A DNA stretch of 64,000 bases, taken from NCBI GenBank assembly GCA_964410125.1, contig CAYPGQ010000009.1:13192-77191 (forward strand), written 5' to 3'. Shown piece after piece: positions 32,824-40,497 of this stretch. Source of the DNA: an uncultured Eubacteriales bacterium (GTDB lineage Bacteria; Acidobacteriota; Aminicenantia; Aminicenantales; Aminicenantaceae). The stretch's first letter is position 1, and each line of letters opens with the position of its first letter. Made by a program: the position numbers and the translations under genes. Under the pieces are notes generated by a model. The model did not search any database. It was given only the letters and a program-made list of their open reading frames with translations, and was not told where the DNA came from.

Positions 32824-33876
32824 ATGGCTTGTTCTAAGACAAAAAGAAATGCTGTTGAGATAAGAGAAAATAAGATTGGACAGATGACTCAGGGCCAAAA
32901 AAAATGCTCATCCAGGTGGTTTTTTATTATTTTCATGTTGTTGGCTATCATAAATGGATCTTTTTCCTTATCCTTTGCCCAGGAAAAAAATAAACAGGAA
33001 ATAACCTATGACGTAGCCGTTACCGCCATTTCCATCGCTGTGAGCGTTCAAAATAGGAAAGGAAGGCATATTAGCGACCTCACGGAGGAGGATTTTTTCG
33101 TTTACGAGAATAACAAAAAAAGGAATATAACTTATTTCAGCCACAATTTTGAAGCGCCGTTGAGTCTGACCGTTCTCCTCGATGTAAGCGGCAGCATGGC
33201 CCTTCAGGATAAGCTGAGCGAAAGCAAAGATGCCCTCGATTATCTGATGAAACACCTGCTTGCCGACAGCGATGAGGTCTCATTATTGATATTCGCTGAC
33301 GGGGATGTGGAGGTTGCCTCAAGTTTTTCCAAAGATAAAACAGATTTTTTGTCTGTTTTGGAAAGGACCGAAGCATACGGCCAGACTGCCTTAAACGATG
33401 CTGTTGGTGTATCCCCGGATTTTGCTAACAAAGGGAACAATGAAAAGCGGGCTCTTCTTTTGATCACAGATGGAATCGAAAATGACAGCGAATATTCTCC
33501 CGAACAGGCTATCGAGGTTGCGCGGAGAGTGGACATCCCGATTTATACAATCGGATACAAAATTCCCCTAGACGAACAGTTTTTAAAAAAGTACAAACGA
33601 TCTAAGGGATTGACGGCTTCTGGTATTGCCCAATCTCTAGAAAGATTTTCAGAAGCGACCGGCGGAAAGGCCTTTTTTGTCAATAAGGCTTTGGATTTGA
33701 AAAACGCTTTGAGATTGATCAAGCAGGAAATGAGTCATCAGTACATCCTTGGTTACACTTCCTATACAGATCCCAACAATGAGTACCGGAAAATAAAGGT
33801 TGTCACGAAAAAAAAGAGCTACAGGGTGCGAACAAGAGAAGGTTATTACAGCGGTGAGAAGAAAGATATAAGATAA
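32824..33876 (+). CDS. von Willebrand factor type A domain protein (acidobacterial VWFA-related type)
   Basis: Signal/anchor. The MIDAS motif is LLDVSGSM. It also has GQTALNDAV and LLITDGIENDS, and a C-terminal YRKIKV...RTREGYY tail typical of the acidobact_VWFA family. The start may instead be the ATG at 32884. Confidence 0.8.
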   Translation: MACSKTKRNAVEIRENKIGQMTQGQKKCSSRWFFIIFMLLAIINGSFSLSFAQEKNKQEITYDVAVTAISIAVSVQNRKGRHISDLTEEDFFVYENNKKRNITYFSHNFEAPLSLTVLLDVSGSMALQDKLSESKDALDYLMKHLLADSDEVSLLIFADGDVEVASSFSKDKTDFLSVLERTEAYGQTALNDAVGVSPDFANKGNNEKRALLLITDGIENDSEYSPEQAIEVARRVDIPIYTIGYKIPLDEQFLKKYKRSKGLTASGIAQSLERFSEATGGKAFFVNKALDLKNALRLIKQEMSHQYILGYTSYTDPNNEYRKIKVVTKKKSYRVRTREGYYSGEKKDIR

Positions 33877-33948
33877 TATTTTTTATTCAAAAAGGAAGAT
33901 AGCTTATGTTATAATAACACTAACGAAAGAAAGGAAAGGGAGGAAATT

Positions 33949-34596
33949 ATGAACAAAAACAAAATAACCTTTTTCGTTGGAACGATACTGATCATTGGCC
34001 TGATAGCTGGTACTGGCTGCGCGACAAAAAAATACGTGATGGGTGAAGTGGCTACTCTGGATCAGAAAGTCGAAGGGGTGGAAACATCGGTCGAAGAAAA
34101 TCAGAAAAGGATCAAAGAGCATGATGCGCAGTTGGCTACACTGGGTTCGTTAATCAAAGAACAAGAATCCGAATTGAGCAATCAAATGTCCGAATTCGAC
34201 AGCAAACTGAGCGAAGTGAAAAAAGCGGCGGAGGGAAGGCTGATTTTTCAAGAAGTTCTCAAAAATGATGAGGCGAAATTCAAATTCGACAAATGGGATC
34301 TGAGTGATGAAGCAAAAGTCGCATTGGATAAGTTCGTCGAAGTCCTGATTGCCCAGGATAAAGGTGTATACTTGGAGATTCAAGGGCACACAGATAACAC
34401 AGGAGAGGAAGAGTGGAATTTGATTTTGGGAAAAAGAAGAGCAGATGCGGTGATGGAATACCTGCACAAAAAATACAATATCCCTCTCCACAGGATGGAA
34501 GTGATAAGCTACGGAAGTGATGCGCCGGTGGGTGACAATTCCACCCGCGATGGAAGAGCGCAGAATCGGCGAGTAATCATCCTCGTGTTTGAATAG
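33949..34596 (+). CDS. OmpA-family peptidoglycan-binding (lipo)protein with coiled-coil N-terminal part
   Basis: GGGAGG Shine-Dalgarno sequence and a lipobox-like IAGTGC. The OmpA_C-like motifs are IQGHTDNTG, NLILGKRRADAV and RAQNRRVII. Confidence 0.85.
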   Translation: MNKNKITFFVGTILIIGLIAGTGCATKKYVMGEVATLDQKVEGVETSVEENQKRIKEHDAQLATLGSLIKEQESELSNQMSEFDSKLSEVKKAAEGRLIFQEVLKNDEAKFKFDKWDLSDEAKVALDKFVEVLIAQDKGVYLEIQGHTDNTGEEEWNLILGKRRADAVMEYLHKKYNIPLHRMEVISYGSDAPVGDNSTRDGRAQNRRVIILVFE

Positions 34597-34735
34597 GGGA
34601 CTGCCAAAAAAGACAATTTGATTTAGATTTTCCTTTTTTTAAATCCGAATCTAGAATTTTAAGCCCTACAAGTATATCTCCGCTTTTTTTGCATAAATTT
34701 GGGAACTGGTTTATAAAATACCCAGGAGTCTTGGA

Positions 34736-37147
34736 ATGTTCAAAAACTATTTGAAGATCGCATACCGAAACTTAGCCAAACACAAATTTTATTCATTGAT
34801 CAATATTTTTGGGCTCTCTCTAGGAATAGCCAGCTGCATTTTGATCTTTGCTTACATCGGATATGAACTTTCTTATGATGGTTACCACAAAAACGCGGAC
34901 AATATCTATCGAGTCGTTTCCAGAAGAACAGTATCGGGACAGACGAGTGAACTTGCCAGATCGCCAGCACCGGTAGGACCGACAATGGTGGAGGAGCTGC
35001 CGGAAGTTAAAAATGCCGTGAGATTCAGTCCAACAGTAAAAAGAGTATTTGCCTATAAAGACAGGACTTTTTTCGAAGACGGTGTGCTGTATGTTGATCA
35101 GTCCATTTTTGACGTTTTTTCATTTGAGATGATCGAAGGTGACTCCAAAACGGCTCTGGAAGTCCCGTTCACCATGGTTTTTACCGAAAAAACCGCTAAA
35201 AAATACTTTGGCGACGAAAGCCCGATCGGAAAAATCATCAATTGGGACAATAAATTCGACTATCGGGTTACAGGAGTTGTGAAAGATCCTCCTCCCAACT
35301 CCCATTTCACTTTCAATGCTCTGGCATCGTTTTCAACTTTTATCAAATATGATCCCCGCATAGGGTCCTGGAATGGAGGAAGCTTCCAAACCTATTTGCT
35401 GATGCAGGACAACACCGATTTCAAGAAATTCGAGCAGAAGATGAAAAGATTCCATGAAAAATATCTTGGGCCTGCATTGAAGGAAAGGGGAATTGAACTG
35501 GAGGCCTATCTTCAGCCTTTAAAAAGTATTCACCTGCACTCGAATGTTCAGTATGAATTGGGCGATAACAGCGATATCCGATTGATTTATGCTTTTTGGG
35601 CTATTGCCGTTATTGTTCTTTTGATCGCATGTATCAACTTCATGAATCTCTCGACTGCCCGTTCTGCAGGCCGAGCGAAAGAAGTGGGAATGCGCAAAGT
35701 TCTTGGAGCCCAGAGAACAAAGCTCATCGTTCAATTTCTTGGGGAATCATTTGTATTTGCGTTATTATCTTTAGTCTTCGCTATCCTTCTGGCACGGCTT
35801 TTTTTGCCGTATTTTTCTGGCCTTGCAGGTAAAAATATTTCCTTGAATACCTTTGAAATGCCATATGTGTATGCTGTTTTGGTCGCGATCGTGTTATTTG
35901 TCGGGTTGGTTGCCGGAAGCTATCCCGCGTTTTTTCTGTCCGCCTTCAAACCTATTTCGGCTCTTAGAGGACATGTCCCAGAAGGTTCAAAAAGCTCTTG
36001 GTTTCGTTCCATCCTGGTTGTCTTTCAATTTGCTCTCTCCATCATCTTGATCATCTGCACCATAATCGTGTTTAATCAGCACAAATACATGCAAAACAAA
36101 GACCTCGGTTTTAACAAGCAGAATTTGTTGGCTGTCGCGGTCCAGAATAATGAGGTGAGAATCGGATTGGAATCTTTCAAACAGGACTTGCTGAATATCA
36201 ACGGGATCGAAAACGCTGGGCTTTCATCCATGGTGCCAGGAGAAATGTATTTGTTCAACATCGGGACCTACCCTGAAGGATATGCCCGAGATCAGATGAT
36301 CAGGATGGACAATTTTCTCGTGGATTATGGCTTCCTAGATACCTTTGAGATCGTTGTGATCCAAGGGCGGGGATTTTCCAAAGAGATAACGACGGATTTT
36401 ACAGATGCTGTGATGATCAATGAGACGGCTGCCAAAAACCTTAGTTGGAATGACCCTGTAGGGAAAACGATCGAGATCTCTTCGGATGATGGCCTAGTCA
36501 GGAAAACAGTCATCGGAGTTTTCAAGGATATCCACCAGAGGTCTTTATACTCTGTCGTTGCTCCGACGGTAATCCAATACATCGGTACAGAAGGGGCCAT
36601 CGAGAACAGAGCGAGGAGGCTGACGTTACGACTGAACACCGACGACATTTCAGGAATTATGAAAAAAATAGAACAGAAGTGGAAACACACATTTCCGAAT
36701 CATCCCTATTATTCCTTTTTCCTGGACGAGTTTTTTGACGGTCAACATCGAGCCGAGGGAAAACTGGGCAGCATTTTCCAGACATTTTCTGTTTTGGCTG
36801 TTATCATTGGCTGTCTTGGATTGTTTGGCCTTTCGTCATTTTTAGCCGAGCAGCGGACCAAGGAAATCGGTATCAGAAAGGTGCTTGGCTCTTCGGTAAG
36901 TTCCATCGTGGTTTTGCTTTGCCGGAAATTTTTCTTATTGGTCGGTATTGCAAATGTGCTTGCCTGGCCAGTCGCCTTTTTGGCGATGACCAAATGGCTG
37001 CAGAATTTCCCCTATCCGGTTAAAATTGGAATCAGCACATTTATCTTTATGGCAATATTTACCTTTGTCATTGCATTGTTTACAGTTGGGTTTCAATCGG
37101 TCAAGGCAGCACGTGCAAATCCCGTCGATTCTCTTAGATATGAGTAG
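34736..37147 (+). CDS. Duplicated FtsX/MacB-type ABC permease (ADOP-like orphan permease, ~800 aa)
   Basis: It has the N-terminal YRNLAKHKFYSLINIFGLSLGIA helix. Two MacB-periplasmic-core + FtsX units each carry the F(M/L)...RxKE(V/I)G(M/I)RKVLGA signature. It ends in NPVDSLRYE. No ATPase gene is adjacent. Confidence 0.9.
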   Translation: MFKNYLKIAYRNLAKHKFYSLINIFGLSLGIASCILIFAYIGYELSYDGYHKNADNIYRVVSRRTVSGQTSELARSPAPVGPTMVEELPEVKNAVRFSPTVKRVFAYKDRTFFEDGVLYVDQSIFDVFSFEMIEGDSKTALEVPFTMVFTEKTAKKYFGDESPIGKIINWDNKFDYRVTGVVKDPPPNSHFTFNALASFSTFIKYDPRIGSWNGGSFQTYLLMQDNTDFKKFEQKMKRFHEKYLGPALKERGIELEAYLQPLKSIHLHSNVQYELGDNSDIRLIYAFWAIAVIVLLIACINFMNLSTARSAGRAKEVGMRKVLGAQRTKLIVQFLGESFVFALLSLVFAILLARLFLPYFSGLAGKNISLNTFEMPYVYAVLVAIVLFVGLVAGSYPAFFLSAFKPISALRGHVPEGSKSSWFRSILVVFQFALSIILIICTIIVFNQHKYMQNKDLGFNKQNLLAVAVQNNEVRIGLESFKQDLLNINGIENAGLSSMVPGEMYLFNIGTYPEGYARDQMIRMDNFLVDYGFLDTFEIVVIQGRGFSKEITTDFTDAVMINETAAKNLSWNDPVGKTIEISSDDGLVRKTVIGVFKDIHQRSLYSVVAPTVIQYIGTEGAIENRARRLTLRLNTDDISGIMKKIEQKWKHTFPNHPYYSFFLDEFFDGQHRAEGKLGSIFQTFSVLAVIIGCLGLFGLSSFLAEQRTKEIGIRKVLGSSVSSIVVLLCRKFFLLVGIANVLAWPVAFLAMTKWLQNFPYPVKIGISTFIFMAIFTFVIALFTVGFQSVKAARANPVDSLRYE

Positions 37148-39265
37148 TCAACGCAGTGCCTCTTTTATCCGGGTCGGCGTCATCGGGAGCGTAAACACTC
37201 TTTTGCCGATTGCATCATAGACCGCGTTGGCGATAACACCCCCCATAGAAGTAATGGCCGGCTCTCCACATCCTTGAGGGGGCATTTCAGGATTGTCGAC
37301 GAGGACTGTTTCTATCTTGGGCGTCCAGGAAAAACGGGGAATTTCATAGGTGTCAAAGTTCTCATCCAATATCCTGCCGTTGGAAAACCGGATTTCTTCT
37401 GTAAAACAATAGCCGAGCCCCATGGTGATGCAGCTTTCGATCTGCATCCTCACGCCTTCCGGGTTGATCACTTCGCCTGTATCCTGGGCGCACACCACAC
37501 GTTCCACCCGGATTTCACCATTATTCTTGTTCACTTTGACTTCAGCTATGGTGGCCAGATAAGTGCCGAGATAATCCGTGCATGCTAGCCCGAAACCCTT
37601 CCCGCTGGGAGCTTTGGAAAAGGATTTCCCGAACTTTTCTGCGGCTGCCGACAAAACCCGTTTCATTCTTTCATCCGTTAAGTTGTGCATTCGGAACTCC
37701 AGCGGATTCATCACGGCCTCTTCGGCCATGATGTCGACGTGGGATTCGATGGCAAACACGTTGGTGTTGCTGCCCGGACCGCGCCAGGCGCCAACCCCAA
37801 AGGGGTGGACACCCCCTCCTCCACTTCTGCCGCCCCAGCCGCCCATGGATAGGACTCGGTAGTGAGGGATGTTGTAAAAAGGTTGAGAACTTCTATCACC
37901 AGCGAAGTAATTGTGATATTCCCAGAAGACGATTTGATTTGCGCTGTTTAGGCCAGATTTGATATCGATCACAGCCGCGGGACGGAAGGTGTCAAAAAAG
38001 AATTCTTCTTTTCTGGTCCAGGCAACCTGAACCGGTTTTCCGCTCAATTGGGCCAACCGGGCAGCTTCTGTAATCTGATTCCCCTGGTTTTTTCCGCCAA
38101 AACCGCACCCCACAAAAGGCGTGATCACCCGCACTTTTTCCTGGGGGAAACTCAGGACCTGCGCGACTTCTGCTTGAGCCCTGAAAGGGGATTGTGTGGA
38201 GGCCCAGACCGTAGCTTTATCTCCCTCGATGTTGATCACAGCCGTGTGGGGTTCGGAGGGAGCATGAGCGACATAATGGTTGTAATAAGCCTTTTCGAAT
38301 TTTTTTGCTGCAAGACCTCTCCCATCCTCTATGTTTCCTTCCTCAGTCACGACATTTCCTTCCGGAGCGGAATCCTTGAGGTGCTGGAATATGGTTTGAT
38401 TGTCCAATGTGGATCCGGACGGCTCGAATTGGGCTTTTATGAGTCCCAAAGCTTTTTCCGCTACATCCGGGTGTTTATGCAGAACCGCTATCATATCTTT
38501 GTCCTGGATGATCTGGATAGCTTGGATCTTTTTGGCGGCAGATGTATCTACACTTTTTAGCGTTGCACCATGTGCCGGGGGCCTCAATATTTTGGCGTGA
38601 AGCATATCCGCCGGGTGGATGTCTCCCGTAAACTTGGCTTCTCCGGTCACTTTCTGCTCGCTGTCCATACGATCTGTCGGATTTCCCGATACAGCATGTT
38701 TGGAGTAATGTTTGATGGGCGGCTTTTTCTCTAAGTGACGTACAATTTTTTTCCCTTTCGCGAGTTCAGCGTAGGATGCCTTTTTCGTAGAGTCATCATG
38801 AGCAAAAATGGACCCATCCTTTGCTGTCAGTTTTTCCTCTGGAATGCCAAGTTTTTCGGAAGCCAGTTGGATGAGAACGGCTCGTGCTTCGGCTCCGGCT
38901 TTCCGCAATGGGGGACCAAAATACTTTGTGCTTCTGGATCCGAATGTTCCTGTGTCATAGGGGCAGAGATCGGTGTCTCCCATGACCATATCAACGTTGT
39001 TCAGGGTCACATCCAGTTCCTCTGCCAGCATCTGAGCGAGTGAAGTGTGGATGCCCTGTCCCATCTCGATCTTTCCGGTGAAACACGAAACACGGCCATC
39101 CTCTCCGATCCGGAGATAGGCATTAAAATCTGCGGGATATCCGCGGCCCCGTCTTTGTTGGAGGGTAAGCGGATTACCTGCAGCAAAAAAAATGACGATC
39201 CCTCCACCCACAAGTTTGAAAAATTCGCGGCGGTCGAGGGTGAAATTGTATGTATCATCTTTCAT
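37148..39265 (-). CDS. Molybdopterin-binding subunit of a xanthine dehydrogenase-family oxidoreductase (IorB/aldehyde oxidoreductase-like), Tat signal
   Basis: Twin-arginine motif (LDRREFFKLVGGG) and family blocks (EMGQGIHTSLAQM, GCGFGGK, GEPAITSMGGVIANA). The ATG at 39265 lies behind GAGGAGGG and overlaps the small-subunit stop (ATGA). Confidence 0.8.
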   Translation of the reverse strand: MKDDTYNFTLDRREFFKLVGGGIVIFFAAGNPLTLQQRRGRGYPADFNAYLRIGEDGRVSCFTGKIEMGQGIHTSLAQMLAEELDVTLNNVDMVMGDTDLCPYDTGTFGSRSTKYFGPPLRKAGAEARAVLIQLASEKLGIPEEKLTAKDGSIFAHDDSTKKASYAELAKGKKIVRHLEKKPPIKHYSKHAVSGNPTDRMDSEQKVTGEAKFTGDIHPADMLHAKILRPPAHGATLKSVDTSAAKKIQAIQIIQDKDMIAVLHKHPDVAEKALGLIKAQFEPSGSTLDNQTIFQHLKDSAPEGNVVTEEGNIEDGRGLAAKKFEKAYYNHYVAHAPSEPHTAVINIEGDKATVWASTQSPFRAQAEVAQVLSFPQEKVRVITPFVGCGFGGKNQGNQITEAARLAQLSGKPVQVAWTRKEEFFFDTFRPAAVIDIKSGLNSANQIVFWEYHNYFAGDRSSQPFYNIPHYRVLSMGGWGGRSGGGGVHPFGVGAWRGPGSNTNVFAIESHVDIMAEEAVMNPLEFRMHNLTDERMKRVLSAAAEKFGKSFSKAPSGKGFGLACTDYLGTYLATIAEVKVNKNNGEIRVERVVCAQDTGEVINPEGVRMQIESCITMGLGYCFTEEIRFSNGRILDENFDTYEIPRFSWTPKIETVLVDNPEMPPQGCGEPAITSMGGVIANAVYDAIGKRVFTLPMTPTRIKEALR

Positions 39266-39741
39266 GATGTCCCTCCTCTCATAGTCCGGGCCGCTGTTTG
39301 AATGGCTTGGATGATCCGGTTGTAGCTTCCGCACCGGCAAAGGTTTCCTTCCATTGCGTCGACGATATTCTCGGTAGATGGTTCGGGATTTTTTAAAAGC
39401 ATGGAGTAGGCTCTAAGGATCATTCCCGGTGTGCAATAACCGCATTGTAGGGCATTGTGTTGCATAAAAGCTGTCTGTAAAGGATGAAGTTTGCCGTTTT
39501 TCTTGAGTCCTTCGATTGTCAAGACTTCTTTTCCCTCCACTCCCTCCAGAGGAAATTGGCAAGACAGGACCGGCTCGTTATTGACCAGTACGGTGCAGGC
39601 TCCGCAGAATCCCTCGCCGCAACTGTATTTTGTTCCGGTTAACTCAAGATCGGAACGCAGAACCCATAAAAGCATCCGGTCCGGGGATGAAGTCACGTTG
39701 ATCGTTTTCCCGTTGAGCCTAAATCGAATATTTTTTTCCAT
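39262..39741 (-). CDS. (2Fe-2S)-binding small subunit of the xanthine dehydrogenase-family enzyme
   Basis: Two [2Fe-2S] motifs are present. One is plant-type (CGEGFCGACTV...C). The other is the second cluster (CGYCTPGM...CRCGSYNRI). Confidence 0.9.
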   Translation of the reverse strand: MEKNIRFRLNGKTINVTSSPDRMLLWVLRSDLELTGTKYSCGEGFCGACTVLVNNEPVLSCQFPLEGVEGKEVLTIEGLKKNGKLHPLQTAFMQHNALQCGYCTPGMILRAYSMLLKNPEPSTENIVDAMEGNLCRCGSYNRIIQAIQTAARTMRGGTS

Positions 39742-39879
39742 TGGGACTCCCCATATTTGAAAGGGCTTTATTACTTAACCTTAAATTACCACAGGTCCTT
39801 TTCTCTGTCAAAAAAATCTGCACTTAAGCGGAGGATATGCCTAACGGGACACAGGGAAAATTATGGGGATTAAAATGGC

Positions 39880-40298
39880 TTAGGAGTTGAGGGCGAGATC
39901 AAATCCCGTAAGTTTGAAGACTACAGCATATTTGCTCATTGGTTGGCCTGAGCTGAGTTTTGGCGGTTGAATCGTCAGCGTTTGATCGTCATTGATCCTG
40001 TATGTCACATTTTCCGGATTGCCCACCAGTCGGCCTTGAACATCGGTACGAAGTCATGATAGCCGAACTCTGCGGGATCTCCGTAGGCTTGCACATGGTG
40101 TTGATATACCGTGCTGCCTTTTCTGTGCATGTTGCGGGGATACCACTCGCTCCCGAATGACGGTACCGAATAGATTCCCCAGTGGAAGTAGATGCCCAGT
40201 TTGGCATCCTGGAACCACTCGGGTGCTTCGTTATGTTTATACAGTGACTCCCACTCCGCGATATACTTAGGTTCTTGGTCGGTTGATAACGCTTCTGA
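39880..40298 (-). pseudogene. GH29 alpha-L-fucosidase relic (N- and C-terminal fragments joined by a large internal deletion, plus an in-frame stop)
   Basis: The minus-strand frame reads ...YIAEWESLYKHNEAPEWFQDAKLGIYFHWGIYSVPSFGSEWYPRNMHRKGSTVYQHHVQAYGDPAEFGYHDFVPMFKAD. This is the GH29 N-terminal signature. Around 40020-40030 it shifts frame into a C-terminal-type tail (GNPENVTYRINDDQTLTIQPP...YAVVFKLTG...stop at 39880). The fragment has no start codon, so it is absent from the ORF track. Confidence 0.65.
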
Positions 40299-40497
40299 TC
40301 ATTTTTCGACGCATAAACATTGGGATGAGAAAAATCCAGCTCCCTGTAAAAGCCACAAATTCAGTCAATCCCGAGAAGGAGAAGATTCTGACGATTTCTA
40401 TTCGATATCAGCCAAGCCTTTTTCAGCAAAAAATTTGCCGAGTTGAATGTTGGGATCGGACTGCAGAATATTGTTGAATGCCGTCGTTTTGAGTGAT

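Noticed and set aside
39774-39790. A degenerate copy of the 17-nt motif (reverse complement TGGTAATTTAAGGTTAA, 11/17) lies 33-50 nt upstream of the 2Fe-2S subunit gene.
   Set aside because: Only the AGGTTAA end is conserved, so I do not list it as a feature. It is mentioned in the motif finding as a weak candidate.
39989-40207. A 72-aa minus-strand ORF is listed in the track.
   Set aside because: It is out of frame with the clearly recognisable GH29 fragment on the same strand, so it is a by-product of the pseudogene rather than a gene.
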